The translations under genes were made by a program, and so were the position numbers. 26,309 nucleotides of DNA from Clostridia bacterium (lineage in GTDB: Bacteria > Bacillota > Clostridia > TANB77 > RGIG9151). The DNA lies in contig JAEEXS010000011.1 in assembly GCA_016287855.1 (NCBI GenBank), positions 1-26,309 on the forward strand, read 5' to 3'. Positions 1-9,366 of the stretch are shown in pieces (position 1 is the stretch's first letter; each line of letters starts with the position of its first letter). The notes under the pieces were generated by a model that did no database searches, was not told where the DNA came from, and was given only the letters and a program-made list of their open reading frames with translations.

Positions 1-1046
1 TTGTTGGTAAAGATATAAGAGAACCTAAAGCGTTTGGTATATATGAAGAAAACGGAACATTTTATGTGTATAAAAACAAAGCAGATGGAACAAGGGCAAT
101 TCGTTATCAAGGGGCAGACGAAGCATATGCAGTTAATGAATTGTATATGAAGTTAAAAGAAGAAATATTAAATCAGAAAAGAAATAACTTAGAGAAAAAT
201 CAATATGTTGAAGGGAATGTGAGAAAAAAGAAAAGTATAGTGAAAACAATATTAAAAGATATGTGGCTCCCTATATTTGGTATTATAATATTTTTTATAA
301 TGAGCATTACACACAATTTATCTGAGGAGCCATTAGCACACCATAAATATTATATATCTGCTTCCAATAATTTATTTTATTATTCTGATAGTGATTGGTG
401 GAATTATGATTTTGCAAATAAAGATTGGTACCAATATGAAGGAAAATTAACAAAAAAAATATCAAATATATTAGCTAAAGGGATACCACCAGAATTAAAG
501 AAAAAATATACAGAATATTATGACGGCTGGGAAGTAGCAAAACATCTAAATATTCAAGATATTAATTCAGTAGATATTCACAAAAGTCGCAGGTATTTAA
601 CTTTTCATCCAGTAAAACCACTTGAAAATTATTATAGAAAAGATGGAAAAACATATTATTTTTTAGATGATATTTATGGAAGTAAATATGGAATTAGGAA
701 TAATACTGGATGGTATTGTTACAATGATGATAATGATTCTTGGGAGTATTATAGTTCGTATGATGACAAGGAAAAATTAGGAGAATTATATTATGTTCCT
801 GATGATTATACAAGTTACAATGAAAGAGATATATATGATTTTTCAAATACCGTATGGTATGCTGAGACAATGAATGCAAAATCGGCTTACAATAAATCTA
901 ATTCAGGTACAAGTGCCAGAAATAGTGGTAGTAGTTATAGTAGCGATAGCAGTAGTTGGAGTAGCTGGAGTAGTGATAGCAGTTGGGATTGGGACAGCGG
1001 AGATAGTTGGGACTCAGGTAGTACAGATTGGGATTCAGATTGGTAA
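1..1046 (+). CDS. Membrane protein, paralog A (5' end cut by window edge): conserved cytoplasmic module, one TM helix, Tyr/Trp/Asp-rich ectodomain, acidic S/G-D-W C-terminal tail
   Basis: The reading frame is open from nt 3; track ORF 66..1046 is only the part from an internal GTG. Nt 1-200 align with 1255-1454 of the next gene with about 14 mismatches (hand alignment). This region encodes FVGK.IREPKAFGIYEENGTFYVYKNKADG.RAIRYQGADEAYAVNELYMKLKEEILNQKR. Hydrophobic helix MWLPIFGIIIFFIMSI. The C-terminus reads ...SWDWDSGDSWDSGSTDWDSDW-stop. Confidence 0.8.
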   Translation, partial: VGKDIREPKAFGIYEENGTFYVYKNKADGTRAIRYQGADEAYAVNELYMKLKEEILNQKRNNLEKNQYVEGNVRKKKSIVKTILKDMWLPIFGIIIFFIMSITHNLSEEPLAHHKYYISASNNLFYYSDSDWWNYDFANKDWYQYEGKLTKKISNILAKGIPPELKKKYTEYYDGWEVAKHLNIQDINSVDIHKSRRYLTFHPVKPLENYYRKDGKTYYFLDDIYGSKYGIRNNTGWYCYNDDNDSWEYYSSYDDKEKLGELYYVPDDYTSYNERDIYDFSNTVWYAETMNAKSAYNKSNSGTSARNSGSSYSSDSSSWSSWSSDSSWDWDSGDSWDSGSTDWDSDW

Positions 1047-1073
1047 AAATAAAATAGAAAAGAGGTTTTGTTA

Positions 1074-2216
1074 ATGCAAGTAAAATGTGAGTATTGTGGT
1101 TCATATATAAACGATTTAGATGAGAAATGCCCTAATTGTGGAGCAACAAACGAACATCATAAAAGAACAGCAGATGGTACTCCTAAAACAATAAAGCAAT
1201 TACAAGACTGGTATAGGGCGAGAAACTTACCCCCAGAAGAAGTTACAAGATTTTTTGTTGGCAAAAATATAAGAGAACCTAAAGCTTTTGGTATATATGA
1301 AGAAAACGGAACGTTTTATGTGTATAAAAACAAAGCGGATGGCTCAAGGGCAATTCGTTATCAAGGAGCAGACGAAGCATATGCAGTTAATGAATTGTAT
1401 ATGAAACTAAAAGAAGAAATATTAAATCAGAAAAGAATCAATTTAGAGAGAAATGGCGGAAGTAGTTCAAATAACACAGCGATAAAGCAACCAAAAATAA
1501 AAACGAAAAAAAGTGGTTGCATTATAACATTTATAATATTAACCGTTATAGCTATATTCGCTGGAATTACTGCAGGTCCATCCTCTGAATATTACATATC
1601 TAATTCAAATGATTTATTTTATTACTCCGGAAGTGAATGGTGGAACTATAATGCGCAAGATAAAGACTGGAACCAATATAATGGTGAATTAATAAGTAAA
1701 AGGCCACTTGGATTAAAAAGTGATTTTTCAAAATATATTGATGTTGCAACTGTAGCAAGTCTTTTAAGTATTCAAGATATTAATTCTGTAGATATTTTTA
1801 GAAATCATAATTATTTAGATGTTCATCCTGTAAAACCGACGGAGAACTATTATACAAAGGATGGAAAAACATATTATTTCTTAAATGATGCTTATGGAAG
1901 TAGTTACGGAACAAGGGATAATACAGGTTGGTATTATTATAATGATATAAATAATTCGTGGGAGTATTATAGTTCATATGATGACAAAGAAAAACTAGGC
2001 GATTTATACTATGCACCTAGTGATTACACAAGTTACAATAGTAGTAATATATATGATTTTTCAAATACCGTATGGTATTCGGAAAAATTAGATGCTGAGG
2101 CGGCTTATGATGACTATAACTCAAGCAGTTACGATTGGAGTAGCGATAGTGACTGGGACTGGGATAGTGGAAGTGATTGGGACTCAGGTAGCACGGATTG
2201 GGATTCGGATTGGTAA
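1074..2216 (+). CDS. Zinc-ribbon membrane protein, paralog B (full length): CxxC...CxxC zinc ribbon, conserved cytoplasmic module, TM helix, aromatic-rich ectodomain, S/G-D-W tail
   Basis: ATG at 1074 lies 8 nt after AAAGAGG (1059-1065); the track start 1068 is a TTG with no spacing to the RBS. N-terminus MQVKCEYCGSYINDLDEKCPNCG. TM helix CIITFIILTVIAIFAGITAG. The ectodomain is collinear with paralog A (YYIS.SN.LFYYS.S.WWNY, IQDINSVDI, HPVKP.ENYY.KDGKTYYFL.D.YGS.YG.R.NTGWY.YND...SWEYYSSYDDKEKLG.LYY.P.DYTSYN...IYDFSNTVWY). The tail is SDSDWDWDSGSDWDSGSTDWDSDW-stop. Confidence 0.85.
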   Translation: MQVKCEYCGSYINDLDEKCPNCGATNEHHKRTADGTPKTIKQLQDWYRARNLPPEEVTRFFVGKNIREPKAFGIYEENGTFYVYKNKADGSRAIRYQGADEAYAVNELYMKLKEEILNQKRINLERNGGSSSNNTAIKQPKIKTKKSGCIITFIILTVIAIFAGITAGPSSEYYISNSNDLFYYSGSEWWNYNAQDKDWNQYNGELISKRPLGLKSDFSKYIDVATVASLLSIQDINSVDIFRNHNYLDVHPVKPTENYYTKDGKTYYFLNDAYGSSYGTRDNTGWYYYNDINNSWEYYSSYDDKEKLGDLYYAPSDYTSYNSSNIYDFSNTVWYSEKLDAEAAYDDYNSSSYDWSSDSDWDWDSGSDWDSGSTDWDSDW

Positions 2217-2233
2217 AAGAAAGGATGAACAAT

Positions 2234-4036
2234 ATGGATGCAAAAGGTGTAATGAATAGTGATGTAGAAACATTAGAAGAAAAATTGCAAATATTAAGAG
2301 CAAAAATGAGTGAAGAAGAATATGAAACAATAAGAAGAGAAATAGATGAAATAAGAAAATTAGGAGTAGATTTACCGGATAGTGGGTATATGTCCAATGT
2401 CGCTGATATAATCAAGAAATTAGTAGATTTAGAGGTAGATAATTTTAGTGATAAAGACTTTAAAAAAGCAATTAAAGAGGTGAAAAAAGAAGGCTTTCTA
2501 GCGAAATTAGAATATATAAAATTATGTGCAAGAGAGGGAAAAGATGTTTCTCAAATATTTTCAGTTGTAGGACAGTATTGGGAAGCAATAAAAGGAACTT
2601 TTGATGCATTTGAGGTATCGGAAGTAGAAAGAAAACTAGAAGAAGTAAAGTTAGAAATATTATTAAAAAAGGTACAAACTTCAAAAACAGTAAATTTGAG
2701 TGAAGCAGAAGGAATAAATTATCTTTTACTAAGAGAAAGATTGCAAGACTTATTAGCAAATGAAACGATAGGTCAAGAAAAGAAATTGTTAATAAAGTCA
2801 TGGCTTGGAGAAAGTATAGATATGAAAACCGGTAAAGTGGACTCTGGATTTGTAAAAAAATTACTAGTAGATAAAGAAATATGGGAAGTGTTAAGTGGAG
2901 TAAAAGGTGTGGAAGTAAACACTAACCAAGAAAGACAAATTTCTCAAACAAATGAAGAAGCTCGAGAAAGTAAACCAACTCAAGCACTAATAGCTCTAGG
3001 CGAAAGCAAAAGAAGGGCAGAACAAATTGCTAAATTAAGTGAAAAATATCATATCCCATTGAAAAAGTTTGATTTGCATAAAATGCAGTGGGATATGCCT
3101 TTACATGATTATGCTATATATATTTTAAGATATAAGAGATTTGGAAAAACTAAATATAAATGGATAGGTGAAACTGAGGCTTCAATGTTACGCCAAGCAA
3201 AAATAAAAAGATTAGAAACAAAAAGACCACTGAATAAAGAAGTTGTTGCTGTAGTTTTTAATAATGGTGTAACTAAAATTTCAGCGAGGGGACATGCATA
3301 TCAAGATACGTTAGAAGATGTGGTTTTCCCAGATAATTTAAAAAGTATTGGTAAAGACGCATTTTATAAAACAGGACTAAAAGAATTAGTTATTTCAGGA
3401 ACAGTTGAAGAAATAGATGAAAGCGCATTTGCATGTTCATATTTAGAAAGAGTGACTATACCAGGGAGTGTAAAAAAGATTGGGGATAATGCATTTGCAT
3501 ATAATAAGCGATTAAAAGAAGTAATACTCAGAGAAGGCTTAGAAGAAATAGGTGGCGGTGCATTTTTGGAAACGGCATTAGAAAAAATATATATACCGGG
3601 AAGTGTAAAAAGTATTGAAAACAGGACTTTTGCTGGAAGTTCCTTAGAAGAGGTAAATTTTGGAGAAGGAGTAGAAAAAATAGAATATAGAGCATTTTAT
3701 AATACCAAATTAAGAAAGGTAATTTTCCCGCAAACAATAAAAATAATTGGAACTGAAGCTTTTTGCTCTAGCCCAATTTTCTCTGTAAGTGTTCCGAGCG
3801 GAGTAGAGTATTCCAAAGAATTTACTTTCCCGGAAATAACACGTATAACAGAAATAGGAAGTGAAGAAAAAACTATAACACAGGAGGAAGATGCAAGGTT
3901 AAGAAGTGAAAATGAAGAGTTGAGAAAAGAGAATGATGAATTAAAAAGGAAAGTAGAGACATTAGAGAAAAAAATAGCGGAATTTGAGAAGTCAATAAAG
4001 GTTAAAGTAAGGAAGAGTAAAGCTATAGATAGATAA
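2234..4036 (+). CDS. Cytoplasmic leucine-rich-repeat protein (BspA-type LRR_5 repeats) flanked by coiled-coil regions
   Basis: The long ORF overlaps the stop of the preceding gene. The preferred start is ATG 2234, 8-9 nt after AAAGAAAGGA (2216-2225); ATG 2225 is the alternative. Repeats of the form xxIGxxAFxxxxLxxVxIPxxVxxI run from about aa 375-540 (SIGKDAFYKTGLKELVISGTVEEIDESAFACSYLERVTIPGSVKKIGDNAFAYNKRLKEVILREGLEEIGGGAFLETALEKIYIPGSVKSIENRTFAGSSLEEV...). The N-terminus is hydrophilic with no signal peptide. The C-terminus is heptad-like (EDARLRSENEELRKENDELKRKVETLEKKIAEFEKS). Confidence 0.8.
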   Translation: MDAKGVMNSDVETLEEKLQILRAKMSEEEYETIRREIDEIRKLGVDLPDSGYMSNVADIIKKLVDLEVDNFSDKDFKKAIKEVKKEGFLAKLEYIKLCAREGKDVSQIFSVVGQYWEAIKGTFDAFEVSEVERKLEEVKLEILLKKVQTSKTVNLSEAEGINYLLLRERLQDLLANETIGQEKKLLIKSWLGESIDMKTGKVDSGFVKKLLVDKEIWEVLSGVKGVEVNTNQERQISQTNEEARESKPTQALIALGESKRRAEQIAKLSEKYHIPLKKFDLHKMQWDMPLHDYAIYILRYKRFGKTKYKWIGETEASMLRQAKIKRLETKRPLNKEVVAVVFNNGVTKISARGHAYQDTLEDVVFPDNLKSIGKDAFYKTGLKELVISGTVEEIDESAFACSYLERVTIPGSVKKIGDNAFAYNKRLKEVILREGLEEIGGGAFLETALEKIYIPGSVKSIENRTFAGSSLEEVNFGEGVEKIEYRAFYNTKLRKVIFPQTIKIIGTEAFCSSPIFSVSVPSGVEYSKEFTFPEITRITEIGSEEKTITQEEDARLRSENEELRKENDELKRKVETLEKKIAEFEKSIKVKVRKSKAIDR

Positions 4037-4043
4037 AATGAAA

Positions 4044-4076
4044 TGCTCCTATAAAGTTTGTGGGAGCAATTTTTCT
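4044..4076 (+). terminator. Candidate intrinsic terminator after the LRR gene
   Basis: Stem TGCTCC(T) 4044-4050 pairs with (G)GGAGCA 4062-4068, followed by ATTTTTCT. Confidence 0.5.
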
Positions 4077-4136
4077 ATCTAGATTTAAACTCAACCTCAT
4101 GATAAAATACTTATTGAAAGTATATGAGGTGCAACA

Positions 4137-4865
4137 ATGGACGAATTTTTGAAAAAAATAAATGATTTAAATAATAGGTGCATAAACAAGAATATAATAA
4201 CTTTTACCAATTTTTTAACTCCAACGGAAAAACAAAAAATCATAATCAACTTAAGTAATGCTAAAGTTGTATTTTTCGGGGGAAAAGAAAATAGCGAAAG
4301 AGTAAGAGCTTTTTTTGTGCCAGAATATATTGAAGAAGTAAATTATTCAGATTATATAATTGTATTAAAAGCAGAATTTTCATTCAAAAAACTATCACAT
4401 CGTGATTTTTTAGGTTCACTTTTATCTTTGGGAATAGATAGAAAATGCATTGGAGATATTTTGGTATTTGAAAAAGAAGCATATTTTTTTGTTACGAAAG
4501 ACATAAGTAAATTTATAATTACCAACCTTACGAAAGTAGGGAATGTAGGAATAAAAGTTAGTGAAGTTAATTTTGACAAAGTACCAAATTTAGAACCAAA
4601 GTTTAAAGAAATTAATTTTACTGTTAGTAGTTTAAGGTTAGATAGTATAGTCGCTGGAGCAATAAAAGAGAGTAGAGAAAAAGCAAGTGGATATATAAAA
4701 AATGGGCTTGTATTGTTGAATTATATTGAGTGTATGGATACAAGTAAAGAAGTAAAAGAAAATGATATATTTTCAGTAAAAGGATATGGAAAATTTATAC
4801 TTAGTGAAATAGGGGGAAAATCAAGAAGAGATAAAGTTTTTGTTAAGGTAAATAAATATGTGTAG
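4137..4865 (+). CDS. ylmH: YlmH-like RNA-binding S4-domain protein
   Basis: RBS GAGGTG lies before the ATG. The N-terminal motif TNFLTPTE matches the YlmH-type FLDP.E motif. The C-terminus is S4-like (RLDSIVAGAIKESREKASGYIKNGLVLLNY). Length is 242 aa. Confidence 0.7.
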   Translation: MDEFLKKINDLNNRCINKNIITFTNFLTPTEKQKIIINLSNAKVVFFGGKENSERVRAFFVPEYIEEVNYSDYIIVLKAEFSFKKLSHRDFLGSLLSLGIDRKCIGDILVFEKEAYFFVTKDISKFIITNLTKVGNVGIKVSEVNFDKVPNLEPKFKEINFTVSSLRLDSIVAGAIKESREKASGYIKNGLVLLNYIECMDTSKEVKENDIFSVKGYGKFILSEIGGKSRRDKVFVKVNKYV

Positions 4866-4869
4866 AAGT

Positions 4870-4898
4870 TGACTAGTTTACATAAATATGATAAAATA
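4870..4898 (+). promoter_or_regulatory. SigmaA-type promoter with extended -10, driving the ClpP-fold island gene
   Basis: TTGACT (4870-4875), a 17-nt spacer ending in TGA, then TAAAAT (4893-4898). Confidence 0.65.
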
Positions 4899-5030
4899 AG
4901 AACGGCAAAGCACATATTATAATTAAAGGGAGAATTTTCTTTGAGGACGTTTGCTTTTTGGGCTGGAAAGCAAGTGAAGAGGGGATTTCTCTTTTTTGTT
5001 ATAAAAAACTAGATGTGCTCGGAGGTTGGA

Positions 5031-5912
5031 ATGACACCGTATGTAATTACAAGCTTAAAGAGAGACGAAGACCTTTTTCCCTTCATTCAATATCTTAGGG
5101 AATGTGGAAAAAGGAAAGAAGCAGCTATCGTGTTTTTAGCGTCATCTCCTTCTACTAACAAAGAGGAGAGGGAGAAAATAAATCTCATCGTAGATGCCAA
5201 TATTTCTTCCGCTTTGATAACTATTTCTCTGGTTACGAGATTGGAGGATGGAATTGGTGCTGACATTTTCCTCAAGGGCACTAAGAGGTTCACAAGTGGC
5301 ACGGTGTATCATAATGGAAAGAAGGTGTCACGAAAGCAAATTACTGGTAGCTGGAAAGATGCCTTTACATTGTTTAGGGGCTATGCCAGAGCAGATACCA
5401 GTAAGCCTTTTAGTTTAGTGGGTGAAATTACAGCAGATACGAGTATTAACCTGCTGAACTATCTCTTAGCTTGTTCCAGTCGGCATGTGCCTGCAATCAT
5501 TACAATTTGGTCTGGAGGTGGGGATTGCACCTTCTTATTCCCACTTAAGGTGGCAGCTGAAATGCTTCCCAAAATTACAACTGTCGGAATCAAGAAGGTG
5601 GGAAGTACAGCTTTCAGCATTTTTCTCTTCGGAACTGAAAGGTTCCTTTGCCCTGGAACTGAGTGTCTTGTGCATCATCCGAAATATGAAGGCAACGGTG
5701 GATTGTTAGCAGGGAAAATGGAAATTGTGGCTAAAGAATTGAAGGGAATATGGTCCACGATGCAAGAAATTATCCTTGCCAAGACCAATATCGATTTCGA
5801 TGTCCTTACCGAAAACACGGCAGACGGAAGGGATTGGAGAATTGGTAGCAAGGACTGGGAAAGGTTAGGAATCACGACAGGTGATTACAAGGAGGTAATA
5901 AATCTGGTATGA
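5031..5912 (+). CDS. ClpP/crotonase-fold (S14-like) serine-protease-family protein with an unrecognised ~130-aa N-terminal domain; compositionally foreign
   Basis: GGAGG (5022-5026) precedes ATG 5031; the track start 5013 has no RBS. The C-terminal half is collinear with ClpP motifs: IITIWSGGGDC (cf. INSPGG), VGSTAFSIFLFGTERF (cf. GQAASMGAFLL.AG..GKR), LVHHP (cf. MIHQP), VAKEL, TADGRDW (cf. ERD). Sampled lines are 38-47% G+C against about 30% in the flanks. Confidence 0.6.
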   Translation: MTPYVITSLKRDEDLFPFIQYLRECGKRKEAAIVFLASSPSTNKEEREKINLIVDANISSALITISLVTRLEDGIGADIFLKGTKRFTSGTVYHNGKKVSRKQITGSWKDAFTLFRGYARADTSKPFSLVGEITADTSINLLNYLLACSSRHVPAIITIWSGGGDCTFLFPLKVAAEMLPKITTVGIKKVGSTAFSIFLFGTERFLCPGTECLVHHPKYEGNGGLLAGKMEIVAKELKGIWSTMQEIILAKTNIDFDVLTENTADGRDWRIGSKDWERLGITTGDYKEVINLV

Positions 5913-5920
5913 AAAGAATT

Positions 5921-5968
5921 AGTTCGGAAACTATTTACAAAGTATAGTTTCCGGACTTTTCTTTTTTT
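5921..5968 (+). terminator. Intrinsic terminator of the ClpP-fold gene
   Basis: 14-bp stem AGTTCGGAAACTAT (5921-5934) pairs with ATAGTTTCCGGACT (5944-5957) with one G-U pair, followed by TTTTCTTTTTTT. Confidence 0.8.
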
Positions 5969-6032
5969 AAATAAATATTATTATAAACTAAATATAATAC
6001 TACTTATATCAATGTAAAATTTGTAAAAAATA

Positions 6033-6062
6033 TTGACAATTATTGCATATCAGTGTTAAAAT
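6033..6062 (+). promoter_or_regulatory. SigmaA promoter of the str operon
   Basis: TTGACA (6033-6038), an 18-nt spacer with TG at 6054-6055, then TAAAAT (6057-6062). Confidence 0.6.
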
Positions 6063-6137
6063 ATACAATGTGTTTAAATGGGTTTGTTTAAATATTGCCC
6101 AAAGCACGCTATATTTTTTTAAGGAGGTGAAAAAGAA

Positions 6138-6551
6138 GTGCCAACCTTTAATCAGTTAGTAAAAAAAGGGAGAACAACAGTCGAAAAGAAATCTACTGCT
6201 CCTGCTTTACAAAAAGGATTAAACTCTAAAAAGAAAGTTATGACAGATATTAGTTGCCCTCAAAAGAGAGGCGTTTGTACTGTAGTAAAAACAACTACAC
6301 CTAAAAAACCTAATTCTGCATTAAGAAAAATTGCCAGAGTTAGACTTACAAACGGAATGGAAGTAACATCATATATTCCTGGAATCGGTCATAACCTACA
6401 AGAACACAGTGTTGTTCTAATTCGTGGAGGAAAAGTAAAAGACCTACCAGGAACGAGATATCATATAATTCGTGGTGTATTAGATACAGCCGGAGTTAAT
6501 GATAGAAAACAAGGTAGATCTAAATACGGTGCAAAGAGACCTAAGAAATAA
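6138..6551 (+). CDS. rpsL: 30S ribosomal protein S12
   Basis: GTG start after AAGGAGG. Contains [12 protein letters not shown]...PQKRGVCT...[51 protein letters not shown]. Confidence 0.97.
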   Translation: MPTFNQLVKKGRTTVEKKSTAPALQKGLNSKKKVMTDISCPQKRGVCTVVKTTTPKKPNSALRKIARVRLTNGMEVTSYIPGIGHNLQEHSVVLIRGGKVKDLPGTRYHIIRGVLDTAGVNDRKQGRSKYGAKRPKK

Positions 6552-6582
6552 TATTCGTACAGTCTTAACGCTGAAAAGTTAG

Positions 6583-7161
<579 letters not shown>

Positions 7162-7191
7162 TTAAAAGCTAAAAATTAAGGAGGAAAAATT

Positions 7192-9279
7192 ATGCCGAGA
7201 CAATTTCCACTAGAAAGAACTAGAAATATCGGTATTATGGCTCATATAGATGCGGGAAAAACAACCACAACCGAAAGAATTTTGTTCTACACAGGAAGAA
7301 CACATAAAATCGGCGAGGTTCATGAAGGTGCCGCTACTATGGACTGGATGGAACAAGAGCAAGAAAGAGGTATAACAATTACTTCTGCTGCTACAACATG
7401 TCAATGGAAAAATCATAGAATAAATATTATTGATACACCAGGACACGTTGACTTTACTGTTGAGGTTGAAAGATCACTTAGAGTATTAGACGGTGCAGTT
7501 GCAGTATTCTGTGCAAAAGGTGGAGTTGAACCACAATCAGAAACAGTTTGGAGACAAGCCGATAAGTATAATGTACCTAGAATTGCGTACATTAATAAAA
7601 TGGATATCATGGGTGCAGACTTTTTTGCAGATGTCCAAATGATGAAAGATAGATTAGGAGCAAATGCTGTTCCTGTACAATTACCTATTGGTAAAGAAGA
7701 TACCTTTAGAGGTATCGTAGATTTAGTAAGAATGAAGAGTGAGGTATATTATGACGATCTTGGAAAAGACGTTCGTGAGGAAGAAATTCCTGAAGATATG
7801 AAAGCTCTTGCTGAAGAATACAGAAATAATCTTTTAGAAGCAGTTGCTGAAGAAGATGAAGATTTAATGATGAAATACTTAGAGGGCCAAGAAATTTCTG
7901 AAGAAGAATTAAAAAGAGCTATTAGAAAAGCTACAATAGCTGTTAAAATGACCCCAGTATTGTGTGGATCTTCATATAAAAACAAAGGTGTTCAAATGTT
8001 GCTAGATGCAGTTATTGATTACTTACCTGCACCTATCGATGTTCCTCATATTAAAGGAACTGTAGAAGGAGTAGAAGGAGAAGTTGAAAGAATATCAAGC
8101 GATGATGAACCTTTTGCAGCTCTTGCATTTAAGATTATGACTGACCCATTTGTAGGAAAGTTATGTTTCTTTAGAGTATATTCTGGAACATTAGATGCAG
8201 GTTCATATGTACTAAATGCTACTAAAAATAATAAAGAAAGAGTTGGACGTATTGTATTAATGCACGCAAACCATAGAGAAGATGTTGAAAAGGTATATTC
8301 TGGAGATATTGCTGCTGCTGTTGGACTTAAGAACGTTACAACAGGAGACACACTATGTGATGAGAATCATCCTATTATACTTGAATCTATGGAATTTCCT
8401 GAACCAGTTATTTCAGTAGCTATTGAACCTAAAGACAAAGCAAGCCAAGAAAAAATGGGTATAGCTTTAGGAAAACTTGCTGAAGAAGATCCAACATTCA
8501 AAACACATACAGACCAAGATTCTGGACAAACAATCATATCTGGTATGGGTGAATTACACCTAGATATTATCGTAGATAGATTAAAGAGAGAATTTAAGGT
8601 TGAATGTAACGTTGGTAAACCTCAAGTTGCGTACAAAGAAACAATACGTAAAAAGGTTAAAGCTGAAGGTAAGTTCATTCGTCAATCTGGTGGTCGTGGA
8701 CAATACGGTCACGCTATCGTAGAGGTTGAGCCTGTTGAAAGAGGTAAAGGATACGAATTTGTTAATAAAATCGTTGGTGGTGCAGTTCCTAAGGAATATA
8801 TCGGACCAATCGATGCAGGTATTCAAGAAGCAATGGAAACAGGTATTCTTGCTGGATATCCAGTAGTTGACTTAAGAGTAACTTTAGTAGATGGTTCTTA
8901 TCACGATGTCGATTCATCTGAAATGGCATTTAAGATTGCCGGATCTATGGCAATTAAAGAAGCTCAAAAATTAGGTGAATCTGTATTACTAGAACCTATT
9001 GAAAAAGTAGATATTACAGTTCCTGAAGATTACATGGGAGATGTAATTGGAGATATTAACTCACGTCGTGGACGTCTAGAGGGAATGGAAGATAGAGCAA
9101 ATACAAAGGTTATTCATGGTTATGTTCCACTAGCTGAAATGTTTGGATATGCAACAGACCTTCGTTCAAGAACACAAGGTAGAGGAGCATATACAATGCA
9201 ATTCGATCACTATGAAGAAGTGCCTAGAAATGTTCAAGAGGCTGTTGTAGGCCAAAGAGCTGCTCTTAAAAAAGAGTAA
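7192..9279 (+). CDS. fusA: Elongation factor G
   Basis: [37 protein letters not shown]; 695 aa; RBS AAGGAGG. Confidence 0.98.
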   Translation: MPRQFPLERTRNIGIMAHIDAGKTTTTERILFYTGRTHKIGEVHEGAATMDWMEQEQERGITITSAATTCQWKNHRINIIDTPGHVDFTVEVERSLRVLDGAVAVFCAKGGVEPQSETVWRQADKYNVPRIAYINKMDIMGADFFADVQMMKDRLGANAVPVQLPIGKEDTFRGIVDLVRMKSEVYYDDLGKDVREEEIPEDMKALAEEYRNNLLEAVAEEDEDLMMKYLEGQEISEEELKRAIRKATIAVKMTPVLCGSSYKNKGVQMLLDAVIDYLPAPIDVPHIKGTVEGVEGEVERISSDDEPFAALAFKIMTDPFVGKLCFFRVYSGTLDAGSYVLNATKNNKERVGRIVLMHANHREDVEKVYSGDIAAAVGLKNVTTGDTLCDENHPIILESMEFPEPVISVAIEPKDKASQEKMGIALGKLAEEDPTFKTHTDQDSGQTIISGMGELHLDIIVDRLKREFKVECNVGKPQVAYKETIRKKVKAEGKFIRQSGGRGQYGHAIVEVEPVERGKGYEFVNKIVGGAVPKEYIGPIDAGIQEAMETGILAGYPVVDLRVTLVDGSYHDVDSSEMAFKIAGSMAIKEAQKLGESVLLEPIEKVDITVPEDYMGDVIGDINSRRGRLEGMEDRANTKVIHGYVPLAEMFGYATDLRSRTQGRGAYTMQFDHYEEVPRNVQEAVVGQRAALKKE

Positions 9280-9366
9280 TTTGTATTAAAAAATTTTTCT
9301 TGCTTTTTTTATACTAATAGTATAAAATACAAGCGAGTAATATAAATAAAAGGGAGGAAATTTAAA

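Noticed and set aside
694-2415. Track ORFs 694-879(-), 874-1074(+), 898-1104(-), 1798-2016(-) and 2017-2415(-), which overlap the paralog genes.
   Set aside because: These are alternative-frame or antisense readings of the Ser/Asp/Trp and Tyr-rich repeat DNA, with low-complexity Val/Ile or Asn/Tyr/His strings. They have no RBS and are fully nested in better-supported genes.
5010-5012. The in-frame TAG immediately before the track ATG at 5013, considered as possible stop-codon read-through or pyrrolysine recoding.
   Set aside because: No Pyl machinery or PYLIS-like context is visible. A strong GGAGG-ATG start lies at 5031. The upstream in-frame stretch is short and hydrophobic or basic with no homology signal.
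9280-9366. A possible internal promoter for tuf in the fusA-tuf spacer (TTGCTT ... TATAAAAT).
   Set aside because: The -35/-10 register is ambiguous, because several overlapping A/T hexamers fit equally poorly. I cannot support a specific call.
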